36,165 nucleotides of DNA, from NCBI RefSeq assembly GCF_001194135.2, contig NC_068982.1:16813727-16849891 (forward strand). Direction: 5' to 3'. Source of the stretch: Octopus bimaculoides. Its lineage: Eukaryota. The position numbers were made by a program, and so were the translations under genes. A model generated the notes under the pieces. It did no database searches, was not told the origin of the DNA, and was given only the letters and a program-made list of their open reading frames with translations. This document shows, piece by piece, positions 11,212-22,280 of the stretch (position 1 is its first letter; every line of letters begins with the position of its first letter).

Positions 11212-11322
11212 ACACGAAACTACCAACCACAACATGTTGAAAATAAGGTGACTTCAGCAATTCTTGTCTCCCTTTTCTGCTTTTTGCCAACAGGCATTGC
11301 TGCTCTTATATATGCACAAAAA
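11212..11322 (+). CDS. Gene A exon: first half of the CD225 domain
   Basis: ttcccttttcag| TRNYQPQHVENKVTSAILVSLFCFLPTGIAALIYAQK |gtaagt. 111 nt, phase 0/0, with the CD225 hydrophobic segment and FCFLPTG. Confidence 0.9.
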
Positions 11323-11467
11323 GTAAGTAAAATACGAACATTTCTTGAGAGAAATTCTATTCATAAACATACATTTTATCTAGTCGTGGGTGTGTGGTAA
11401 GGAGTTTGCTTTCCAACTACATGGCTCTGAGTTCAGTTATACCTCATCTTTCACAGGTGTGTATATA

Positions 11468-12340
11468 GAGAGGGTGTTTCAAAAAATTTGATTTCATTTC
11501 GCAATCAAATAACTTTGCCAGTTCTTGTTTAAATGACTTCAAATTTTAACAGTATGTGTAGAAACAGATCAAAAGTTTATGTTTAATGTTTGATATGTTT
11601 GTCTTTTCAGTTATAGATATGGCATTCACTAGAAGAGAAACGGCATTTTGTGTATTGGATTATGCTCGGACACAGTGGATGGAACAACACTGTGCAGCGT
11701 GCATTTGTGAGAGAGTTCTCTGAAAAGTCACCAACGGCAATGCAGATTTGGACATGTCTCAAAAAATTCAAAGAAGGAGGCTGACTTTGCAGGGCAAAAG
11801 AATCCCGACGACCACTAACATCGGAAGAGATGGTCGAGTGGCTTCGCCAAATACAAGAAGTCCATAAGAAGATAAGTCTGGAGACCCAGATTCCTCCAAC
11901 GACAGTTTGGCGCGTCCTGAAGAAACGCTTGGTAATGAAACCCTACAAGCTGCAGCTCGTTCAGGGAATAACGGCAGATGACTAGCGAAAGCACAAAGAA
12001 TTCTGTGTTGATATGCAAGAGAAACTTGAAGAAGCTCAGTTCAAGAAACCTTTTGTTTTCGGTGATGAGGCCACATTTCATACGAATGGCAAAATCAATA
12101 AGCATAATATTCGCATTTGGGGCGAAGAAAATCCCCCATGCCATAGTTGAGAATGAGAGGTGAATGTGTTCTGCACCATCTCCACGAAGCATCTTCATCG
12201 CCCGTCTTTGTGAAGCTGTTCATGGAATCCACATACCTTTGAATTTCTCATTCAAATTTGGAGGAATAAATCTTATGTTGCTCAACATTAAGCCTGTTTA
12301 GTTGCATTTGCATTGTAGTTTCTGTGATATCTACACCCCA
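11468..12340 (+). mobile_element. Tc1/mariner transposon (rosa/DD41D-like, DUF4817-type N-terminus), internally deleted
   Basis: AGGGTGTTTCAAAAAA left end. Decayed ORF [67 protein letters not shown]. The catalytic C-terminus is absent and the right end is degenerate. Confidence 0.8.
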
Positions 12341-12371
12341 AATGATGTCAAACGTTTTGAAATGCCCTGTA

Positions 12372-12603
12372 TATACTCTTACTCTTTACTTTTTTACTTG
12401 TTTCAGTCATTTGACTGCGGCCATGCTGGAGCACCACCTTTAGTCGAAGAAATCGACCCCGGGACTTATTCTTTGTAAGCCTAGTACTTATTCTATCGGT
12501 CTCTTTTGCCGAACCGCTAGGTGACGGGGGACATAAACACACCAGCATCGGTTGTCAAGCAATGCTAGGGGTCAAACACAGACACACAAACATACACACA
12601 CAC
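12372..12603 (-). mobile_element. SINE-like interspersed repeat with (AAGAGT)-type tail
   Basis: Minus strand GCGGTTCGGCAAAAGAGACCGATAGAATAAGTACTAGG..CTCCAGCATGGCCGCAGTCAAATGACTGAAACAAGTAAA. The 5' end runs into a (CA)n and a gap. Recognised from memory as a common cephalopod repeat. Confidence 0.6.
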
Positions 12604-13165
12604 NNNNNNNNNNNNNNNNNNNNNNNNNNNNNNNNNNNNNNNNNNNNNNNNNNNNNNNNNNNNNNNNNNNNNNNNNNNNNNNNNNNNNNNNNNNNNNNNN
12701 NNNNNNNNNNNNNNNNNNNNNNNNNNNNNNNNNNNNNNNNNNNNNNNNNNNNNNNNNNNNNNNNNNNNNNNNNNNNNNNNNNNNNNNNNNNNNNNNNNNN
12801 NNNNNNNNNNNNNNNNNNNNNNNNNNNNNNNNNNNNNNNNNNNNNNNNNNNNNNNNNNNNNNNNNNNNNNNNNNNNNNNNNNNNNNNNNNNNNNNNNNNN
12901 NNNNNNNNNNNNNNNNNNNNNNNNNNNNNNNNNNNNNNNNNNNNNNNNNNNNNNNNNNNNNNNNNNNNNNNNNNNNNNNNNNNNNNNNNNNNNNNNNNNN
13001 NNNNNNNNNNNNNNNNNNNNNNNNNNNNNNNNNNNNNNNNNNNNNNNNNNNNNNNNNNNNNNNNNNNNNNNNNNNNNNNNNNNNNNNNNNNNNNNNNNNN
13101 NNNNNNNNNNNNNNNNNNNNNNNNNNNNNNNNNNNNNNNNNNNNNNNNNNNNNNNNNNNNNNNNN

Positions 13166-13189
<24 letters not shown>

Positions 13190-13196
<7 letters not shown>

Positions 13197-14030
13197 TACA
13201 CATTAAGTACAGGGCATCACCAGCGAGTCGAAAGTACGTAAACACACGAGATATAAGTACAGAACAAATACAGAAAATACAAAAAATATACACATGCAGT
13301 ACAGGATATCACCAACGAGTGAAAAATATGGTAACACACGGAGATAAGTACAGGACAAAATACCAAAGGAATTCTAACTCCTCAGTTGTTGAGCTTTCAA
13401 TGACAAGACAGGAAAACTTCATAACACAGTAGCGTCCAGATATTTTTAAAATAAAAATTCATGGTGAGTTAGAGCTTCGAACGAACAAACGACATCATAG
13501 TGGACGTACAGAGTAAACAATCGACGAAAACAGACAGGAAGAGCCATTAGGTGACGATGAATTGTAATGAGTAACGCGCGGGGGAAAGTTTGGAAGGATA
13601 TAGAATAAATAGAAGGGGAAAAAAATATGGGGAGGCGAGAGTAATTACATCTAGTTGACTGGACATCCCATCAGAAAAAGACAGAGAGACGGGAAAATGG
13701 CTTGTAGTCACATGTGATCAAGAGGCAGAGGGGGAAGAGGACAAGAGAGAGGAGAAGGAAAAGAAACGAAAGGAATAAGGAGAAAGAAAAAAAGAAAACT
13801 AGACAGGACACAGCAAAGAAGGAGGCGGAGAAAAAGAATTATAGAGGATTATAGAGGGATAGAAAGAAAATAGGCAGAGAGCAGAGTGTGGAATCGCAGA
13901 AATTATATATAAATGTAAAAACTTACTGTTGACAATGGTTGAGTGGTTTTCAATTATAAATAATTAAAAATACACATTAAGTACAGGACATCACCAACGA
14001 GTGAAGATTACGTAAACACACGGAAATAGT
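13190..14030. mobile_element. About 840-bp element with roughly 60-bp direct repeats at both ends (Penelope pLTR-like)
   Basis: TAAAAATACACATTAAGTACAGG(G/A)CATCACCA(G/A)CGAGT..ACGTAAACACACG at 13190-13248 and 13964-14022, with a third partial copy near 13287. Purine-rich interior. Confidence 0.5.
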
Positions 14031-14219
14031 ATATATACACACTGTATGTAGAGAGAGAGGATTACGATTGCCCCACACGGTAAGTTGTAATGGAATATAT
14101 ATATATATATANNNNNNNNNNNNNNNNNNNNNNNNNNNNNNNNNNNNNNNNNNNNNNNNNNNNNNNNNNNNNNNNNNNNNNNNNNNNNNNNNNGATAGAA
14201 GAAGGAAAATTCACAGTTT

Positions 14220-15370
14220 ATATAGTTTTAATATATTTTAAATGAAAGAGTATTGTGGTTCTCGACCGGTTTTGCTTTCGCTAATGATAACATTAAAATT
14301 ATTGTGATTTCGTATTTTCGTCAGAAGATTTTAGTCCATGTTCTTCTACGAAATTTTGTAAATGAATCAACAAGTAGAAAAATCTAAGGCGAGGTAATTG
14401 GTTTTAGTTATTATTCGGGACAGGAGAGGTAATTGATATTTTTTTTCGGTGAGATAAATAAGCATACAAAAACTCATGAGTAAAAGTAGAGATTAAATAT
14501 GTACAGTGATGGATATGTGATCCTGAATTAAAATATATACTGAGACCAAAGTTGGTTATGTGTTCATATTTAGGCGTGTTCTGTTCTTTTCGATAAATAA
14601 ATTTTCGTTCCTTAAACGTTGTTGTGCAGAAACCGTCTCTTTGAAGAAATTGTGATAGTTGGTTGGCGATTCCCTGCACATGTCTCTATTTGTTCACTCA
14701 AAGAACCATACATACATGTATATTTTTTTAGGGGCATATCAATCTTACTGAAGGGTTACTAGTGAAGTTAGGTTTATAGTACTTCAAGTTGATTCGAGGG
14801 GTTCTGGGCAGGTAAGGTTCACTCCTGTCTTCTTGCTTTAATTTTTTCAACTTTCGTTTCTAGTTTGTAAGTTTAGGTTAATTAAGTCATCAACATTAGT
14901 TATTTTGTGGTGTTTTAGTACTTCGTTTTTTAAGCGGAGATTGTATAAACTGTATAAGTGATACAAGTTACCAGTTTTGTCTAAATGCACAAGAATCCCT
15001 TTTCTTTTTGAGTTCCTTCACTGGTATGTGCTTTTTCCTTACATTTTGGTTTGTTCTTAGAGTAATCTGTGGAATATAATGCTTTTTGCTATACTGCAAA
15101 GATTGTCTTCGAATCCGGCTAGTTTCGGATTAGTTGGATTAGTTCGGATTAGTTCGGATTAGTTCTGAGTTTTAAATAAATACTATAGCATCTCATTGAT
15201 TATGGTGTTTCTTCTCTTTTCCCCGGTCAAAATGGTATGCGCGCCACCTCATACGGCGGATAAAAGAATTAGTTTTCTCGAAGAGATCTTTTAAATATTC
15301 TTAATATTCTTTTTGGGTGGCAACGGGATATCCTTGATGGTAAGTTTTGCTATATTATGGTAGACTGCTT
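14220..15370 (-). mobile_element. Decayed Penelope-like retroelement (N-terminal/pre-RT region)
   Basis: Minus-strand peptides DIPLPPKK..YLKDLFEKTNSFIRRMRWRAYHF, DKTGNLY and LKYYKPNFTSNPSVRLICP match recalled PLE ORF motifs. Many stops. Confidence 0.6.
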
Positions 15371-16346
15371 TAGCAGCCCGTAGTAGGATGAGAATTAATA
15401 CGATAAGGACATGGAGTTAGATTATCCAGGTGGCCGCTCTGGATCATTAAGTGTGTGTGTGTGTGGTGGTATAAAGTGCTGGTTAGCTTTTCTTTGTCTC
15501 AGCGTTTGATGTAATCTGGTCAGCTGACTGACTTACAATCTCCTATACCATACCCAAAAAGACCGTTGTTCAGCTGCTGTCTCCAGGTTGTTGTTTTTTT
15601 TTTCTTTCTGTGGAGCAGTGCGTGCACCGGTCGAATATTTCCAAAGTGGAGACAGTATGTGGAGACACTTATTGCATCAACACATTTTAACAACAAAAAT
15701 GAGGTATCTATGATATTCCAGGCATTTTCAGGCTGTATTTAGATTATAATATCCAACGTGATATTATCTAATATCATTTTTTAAAGAGAGCATATTGTGA
15801 TTTGAAGAATTTGGCTGCTGTTTCTAACAGCATGAGTTGCGTTGTCTCCTAGTGGTTATGTCATAGACTGATTGTGGCTCTGTCATGGAACTGATAAGCA
15901 TTTAATTGATGATCATACAGGAGAAGCAAAACAAAAGGTCCTAAATAAGACCAAACGAGTAGCATGATTGTAATAATTGTGATAAGGTCCCTTATATAAA
16001 GGGTCACCTGTAATACCTGTTTGTTCCATTATGTCTAACAATAACCACTCCTAGTATTTCAACCACAACAGTCTTTTCCCACTCATCTCTTATATCGCTG
16101 CCAACTTACCATGTCATTATAAGGTTTCTATTAATCCAGTGTCCATATAATAGCTCTAACACCAAAGTAGCAACGGGCTTTTGTAAAATATCTACTTTTA
16201 TAAGAACAATGGTTATGAAACTGATAAATAATATCAGTTCATCACCACCACACCCACACTATAAAAATATTAGTAGAATTTATAGTCACGCCAGCATCCC
16301 ACCATCGATCCTTTTATTAAGAACAAACTATATTTGTTGTTGTTAA

Positions 16347-16508
16347 GGAGGTGAGCTGGCAGAATCGCTGGAACTCCAGGCAAAATGTTTAGTGTTATTT
16401 CGTCAGCCTTAAATATCTGAGTTCAAAATCGGCCGAGGTCAACTCTACCTTTCATCTTTTCGGGGTCGATAAGTACTAGTTGTTGGCCTTGTGCCAACAT
16501 TTGAAACC
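16347..16508 (+). mobile_element. tRNA-derived SINE just upstream of the gene A last exon
   Basis: GGAGGTGAGCTGGCAGAATCG head, GAGTTCAAAATC B-box-like motif, tail GTGCCAACATTTGAAACC. Confidence 0.8.
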
Positions 16509-16571
16509 GATGTATTTGTTATTGAGTTCTGTTTACATATTTTAAATAAAAACTTTCATTTTATCTTCTAG

Positions 16572-16724
16572 GCACAAAGAATGGCCCTATCTGGTAATAT
16601 AGAAGGCGCACAGGAAGCAAACGCTGGTGCAGGAAGACTAATCAAAATATCAGTGGTTGTGGGTTTTCTCGTTATTATCATTATAATTATTCTACGCGTC
16701 GTTTTGATTAGATTAATAGCATGA
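16572..16724 (+). CDS. Gene A last coding exon: CD225 loop and C-terminal TM helix
   Basis: ttttatcttctag| AQRMALSGNIEGAQEANAGAGRLIKISVVVGFLVIIIIIILRVVLIRLIA* (TGA 16722-24). Contains the GxxxG motif GNIEG and a long hydrophobic helix. Confidence 0.9.
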   Translation, partial: AQRMALSGNIEGAQEANAGAGRLIKISVVVGFLVIIIIIILRVVLIRLIA

Positions 16725-16853
16725 ACATGAAAACTGACATTAAACGAAGAGGGATTTCTTTTTTTTTTTTTATGTTTAATTCTTATCAGATAAAATATTC
16801 CTAGCAAAAATGTTCCAAGATATTGGGAAATCCACACAAATGATATATTTCAT

Positions 16854-16859
16854 AATAAA
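16854..16859 (+). promoter_or_regulatory. Candidate polyadenylation signal of gene A
   Basis: First AATAAA, 130 nt after the stop codon. Confidence 0.45.
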
Positions 16860-18167
16860 TTATATAATTTCAAATATTGAACAATGATATATTCTGATCG
16901 GTGACTTCTACAGCTCCAACTTGATGGCAAGACCCTATAATGGAGTAACACTATGAGAGTATAGTGATGTTTCTGAACCACTTGTACCGTTCCTTCCGTC
17001 CAACTTAATTACCCAAGAAAGGTGATGTTGCATCTTGCTTTTACTTGAATGTTCTTTATCATAATCTCAGGAACTACCAAAGTTTATAAAGCCATTTTAG
17101 AAACATAAATGTTAAACAAACAAAATTTTTAAGCTATTTCCTAGTTTATCAAAATATTGCTTTAAAGACAGTATTTTATTTGAGCGTTAAATATTCATGT
17201 AATATGGTTTAACATAAAATTGACTGTTACGCATTGACAAACGTTGCTATAGCTATACATGTCAATACAAGATTCTAGATAATGGTAGATAGAAATAGCT
17301 AAGAGTGAAAACTACATTCAAATATTGACCACAAATGTAGAAAAATATTTCTTGTAGCTTTCATTCATAAATATTTTTGTTAATATTCGTTTAAATATTT
17401 CTTGTTATTATGTCAAACAATGGCAAGTGGAGTTCACAACAAACATACGAATGACATTTTGCAAACAAGAAACTAAATCTCCAGCACAGAAAAGATGTAA
17501 GGACAGCAGCAGAAGATTGGGTATCTACCCTTATAAAACGGAAAAAGGAAGTTGCTAGCAGGTGATTACCAGTTTTGAAACCGTACACCTGAGGTACAGT
17601 CTGTGGATTTACCACCAAACTAAGCGACACGCTGACACCAATCGCCATCAAATTCAAAGCTAAATTATAACCACACGAATACGATAACATTTTATAAACA
17701 ATCTTTTCAAGTATTAGATGTGGTTGGTATTTTGTAAAAATGAAAATAATGATTTTATTGTACTTCAATAGTTTTATTTCCAATGTGGTTATTGAATTTT
17801 AGCATATGTAATTCGTCTTTAGAACATCTCAATAAAATTCAATTTTTTTAACAATTAATTTTATAACAAAATAATAGTTATCACCAACAACAACAATAAT
17901 AATTACACCACTGGAATATACGGTGCAGTACAGCTAGATTCGGATGAATGCCTTCGAGTTACCACCGAAATTCGCTACATATTAGAAGGTCAGAAGAATT
18001 AATTGTTTGTCCGAGATTGATGAAATGTTCTTAAAAATAAGATGGAAGTAAGGATAATACAACAACTATAACAACAACATCAACATCAACACAAACATAC
18101 GAAATCAAATCAACAACAATTATAAAATCAGCGATGATAACAACAATCACAATAACAACAATAAAAA

Positions 18168-18360
18168 GGCGGCGAGCTAGCAGAAAGGTTAGCACGCCGG
18201 GCGAAATGCTTAGCGGTATTTCGTCTGTCTTTATGTTCTGAGTTCAAATTCCGCCGAGGTCGACTTTGCCTTTCATCCTTTCGGGGTCGATAAATTAAGT
18301 ACCAGTTGCCCCCCTCCCCAAAAACTTCGGGCCTTGTGCCTAGAGTAGCAAAGAATAACA
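18168..18360 (+). mobile_element. tRNA-derived SINE with a short internal deletion, embedded in (AAC)n-rich repeats
   Basis: GGCGGCGAGCTAGCAGAAAGGTTAGCACGCCGGGCG head, GAGTTCAAATTCC B box, tail GCCTTGTGCCTAGAGTAG. Confidence 0.85.
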
Positions 18361-18539
18361 ACAATAACAGCAACATCCCCTCTCACACACACACACACAC
18401 ACACACGCACTATACCAACCACAACATCACACACACCGCCAGCAACGCCCACTACAATAACAACAACGAACACACCACCACTACCACTACCACCACCAGC
18501 AACAATAATCCCAGTAACCGTAACAACAACTACAAGGTT

Positions 18540-18900
18540 TTTAACATCGGTAGCACCCTACACTGTCTTCTAGAATCCCAACAACAAAACATACAGCATG
18601 ACGTGGTTCTACCCGACAGATTTATTCTTCGACAAAAGAGGTGTGTATCCCACTACAGAATTACATTGAGACAGAGTCAAAGGTTTCCTTAGTTAGAAAT
18701 AGACTCCGACACATCTTGGACCGATATAACAAAACCACTAAAAAACATAACTCATCTGGTGAGTGGTGGTGTGTGAAGATCTAGCTGTAAGTGGTAGTCT
18801 CCTGAACGTTATGAAATATAGCCAAAAGAATTGATTCGGAACAGGACTGGAAGATTTATTAGACGAATCTAGAACAGCTGGTAAAAAGGCAAACCTTCTC
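18540..18900 (+). mobile_element. Old RTE-type LINE endonuclease relic
   Basis: Frameshifted peptides NPNNKTYSMTWFYP, FILRQKR, SWTD and EDLLDESRTA resemble the RTE APE region. Confidence 0.4.
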
Positions 18901-18920
18901 GTTTGAGTCCTGATTCTTCT

Positions 18921-21315
18921 TATTTTTATTGTTATTATTGTTGTTGTTCAGTAGTCTTATTTTTATCACGTGCTTTCACTTCACTACCGAGCTCAGCTCT
19001 GTGTGCCTTGGGTATGTACTGTGGTTTGTTGTGATGCTCTTATTTTTGCTGTATTGAAATTATTTTACGTAGGATGTGTGCAGTACTTACTAGTGCTATT
19101 TTATGTATTCTATATATACTTGTAAGTCCTGGAATTATTGTAATGTATTTGCCTGCGTTTTTTTTTTATCATACCTAATGCGCCTACTATAATAGGAATT
19201 GTTTCTGTTTTTAAGCTCTATTTCCAGGTCTTTGCATTTTGAAGGTTTTTCTGTTTCTTTTAGAGAAACGTTGTCATCTGTTGGTATTAGTACATCGATT
19301 AGAAAGCATTCTTTTCTTGCTGATCTCTGACAAATATATCCGGTATATTAGCCTTGATTTATTTATTTGTGTATATTGGCATATTCCATAGTATGGTTGC
19401 TTTCTCATTTTCTGTGACCTTTTCTGGGGTGCCTATGCCATCTTTTTCTGTTGATATTCCACAGTGTTGGCATAGCTTCCAGTCTATATAAGTCCCAGCC
19501 CTGTTGTGTCTATGAATATATTACTTCTTAGCCTGGACTGGGCGGCCAGAGACAATACGATTTATTGTTCCTTCTCCATTACCACATACTCTGCAGTTAT
19601 TTGTTGTATTTCTTTTCATTGTGTGGTTTTGGTGATTTCTCGTGGGAAGGTTTGATCTCGTGCTTCAATTAAAAATCCTTCAGTCTCTCCTTTGAGCCCT
19701 GAGCTTCTCAGTAATCGTTGGGAATTTGCTTTGTCTATTTCGTTTCTGTTTAGTTTAACTTAATATTTGCCATGAAGGGGATTTTCGTTTCTACTCTAGG
19801 CACAAGGCCCGAAATCTTTGGGGAGAGGACCAGTCGATTAGATCGATACCAGCACACAACTGGTACTTAATTTATCGATCCCTAAGGGATGAAAGGCAAA
19901 GTCGACCTCGGCTGAATTTTAACACAGAACGTAGAGACAGACAAAATACCGCTAAGCATTTCTCCTGGCGTGCTAAAGTTTCTTATTTCTTTATTGCTCA
20001 CAAAGGGCCAAACATAGAGGGGACAAACAAGGACAGACGAAGGGGTCAAGTCGATTACATAGACCCCAGTGTGTAACTGGTACTTAATTTATCGACCCCG
20101 AAAGGATGAAAGGCAAAGTCGACCTCTGCAAAATTTGAATTCAGAACATAACGGCAGACAAAATACCCCTAAGCAATTCTTCCGGCGTGCTAAAGTTTCT
20201 GCCAGCTCGTCACATTTGAAGGGGCTTTTCTTGCCATCGGTTTATCGTGATCCGTTGCGGTTCCAGCTTTAGTTTGGATCTTAGTTGTTTTACAGCTTTT
20301 GTTGTTTCTTCTTTTTCTTCATAATTGTTAGGTACTATGACTTTTTTTATATAATTGTCAGCTTCCTTTAAGATAGAAGACAGTTTTTGTTTTGTGGGTA
20401 TTTCTATTAGTTTTCTTTGCTCCTGAAGTAGGTATTTTTGTAGTCCTATGGTGACTATTTTGTAATAGTTTTCTAGCTATATAAGGCCTTACCACCTTCA
20501 ATGGGTTGTATGTATAACCCTTCTATGTCAGATTTTGGGTGATGCACCCTGAATCCTGTCATTATTTTTTGTTTTCCTGTCTATTTTGATTAGTTCATTT
20601 AGAGTTCAATTAAGAATATTGTACGCCTTCGTTTCTGGTTTTAAATCACTTTTAGTCATCCATAGTCGTCTTTTTTCTCTGTCTTATCTTCAACATCCCT
20701 ATGAAATTGCCCATGCATTCTTTTCTTCATCTACCTATTTTCAGTTTCATTCATTCTCAAGTGCTTGAACAGTGCTTTATTTTTTCAATCTTCCGTCCTA
20801 CACAAGCCTGACCTTCTTATTTCCAATAATACTGGTTCTATGGCATTTTGGACCTACTACGCTATGTTGTTTTCTTTTGCTTTAATGCTGTGTTCGCATC
20901 CAATTAGTCCTCTTACCCCTCTTTTTCTTGGTACATACAGTCTATCTGTGACACTTTTTGGTTGGAGTATCCCATAGCTAGTTAGAAACTTCCTTGTCTT
21001 TCTGTCTGAGCTGATTAGTTCGTCTACTGTCCATGCGATTACCCCTGCTCCGTATCTAAATAGTGAAACCGCCCAGGTGTTGATAGCTTCAATCTTATTC
21101 CTTCCGACTTAAGGATCAGTCTCAGTCCGCGCAAATAATCCACTTTAAATTTTTCCGTCATTTCTTTCTCCATCAATTTATCCATTTACAATACTCCCAA
21201 GTACTTATAACCCGTCTATTCTATCTGCTTCATAACCTCAACTGACGGTATTGCTAGCCCGTCCATACATTTGATTTTGTCTCTCTTCAAGGCTAACACA
21301 CAACATTTTTTCAGT
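18921..21315 (-). mobile_element. Two abutting R4/Dong-type (RT + RLE) LINE fragments (about 18921-20620 with 3' tail; about 20620-21315)
   Basis: RWQEKPLHGKY, LKGETEGFLIEARDQ, CRVCG, CFLIDVLIPTDDNVSLKETEK; (AAC/AAT)n tail at about 18921-18948. Second piece: GYKYLG, NKIEAINTWAVSLFRYGAG, DRLYVPRKRG. Confidence 0.85.
19787..20216 (-). mobile_element. Head-to-tail SINE dimer inserted in the LINE
   Basis: Two copies of the GTCGAC..CTTTCATCC..GATAAATTAAGTACCAGTT core. Flanking TSD TGAAGGGG(A/C)TTTTC at 19773-19786 and 20217-20230 duplicates the LINE EKPLH codons. Confidence 0.85.
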
Positions 21316-22269
21316 CTAGCTGTCTCTAATAACACTGTTTTCTGAAGCTGTACTAAACTGGGTTTTATTTCTATTTCCTTTATCTATCTGTTCAAATCTA
21401 TAGGGTAGTCTCTAATGCACCTATATCTACTGGGATACATTTTACTCGCACTTCCCATACTCTCTGTAATTCAATATCTGGGTCCTGGTACTTTGCTATT
21501 TTACTATACTTCTCATATTGTTTTTTTCATCATTTGGGATTGTTAAGTCAGTTATCTGGCACTTTCTATTCTCTTTATCTACTACTACTAAATCAGGCCT
21601 TCTAGCTTCTATTGTTCTGTCAGTCTGAATGTTAAAGTCCCACAACATTTTATATTTCCTACTTTCTAGTATTTTACTAGGTTCATGTTCATACCATTTA
21701 CCAGAATGTTCAAATCCTAACTTACTACAAAGCTCCCAGTGGATTGCCATGTCTTTCTACATACCTCCCAGTAGATTACGCTCCCAAGGTTGTTATGTCT
21801 TTTCTCGTATTCTTTCTGTGCCCGCATGCTACATTTACTTACTATATGGGTGACGCTTTCCTCTTTTGAGTTGCTTCACCTACATTGGGAATTTACTTAG
21901 TTTTTGTCTATCTTGGCTTTTATCCAATTAGTCCCTAATGATTGAACTTGTGCTGCTACTAGCATTCTGTCTCGCTTTTCAGCTTTTCTTTCTGCAACCA
22001 TAGCCATGTCTCACTACTACTATTTTTTGAAATTGACTTTGGGAATCTACCATGCGAAGCCTTCTCCCGCCAGTCAGATAACTTTTTTTCTTTTTCCTAG
22101 TTTTTAACTTCGTTTGATGTTTTGATTTCCCTATGTCTTGCTGTGACCTATGTGTCTAGCAGCTCTTAAAATTTCTTCACTGTTGCATACGTAGGAGTCT
22201 ACTGTAGCTAGCTTCATGCAGTCCCCTGATGTTAGCTCACTTCCACTTTCCTTTCTAGGTAAGTATAAT
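21315..22269 (-). mobile_element. R4/Dong-type LINE fragment (C-terminal RLE region), same family as 24181-26359
   Basis: HWELCSKLGFEHSGKWYEHEPSKILESRKYKMLWDFNIQTDRTIEARRPDLVVVDKE. Confidence 0.85.
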
Positions 22270-22280
22270 CTTACCTAGAA

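Noticed and set aside
14250-14335. Hammerhead-like pieces on the minus strand (CTGACGA..GAAA; GC-GAAA-GC..AAAACCGGTC)
   Set aside because: Neither gives a complete core with paired stems. At most a dead relic at the PLE end.
17391-17783. 130-aa minus-strand ORF between the genes, considered as the gene B last exon
   Set aside because: No CD225 similarity or recognisable motif, and the true last exon is at 29592-29428.
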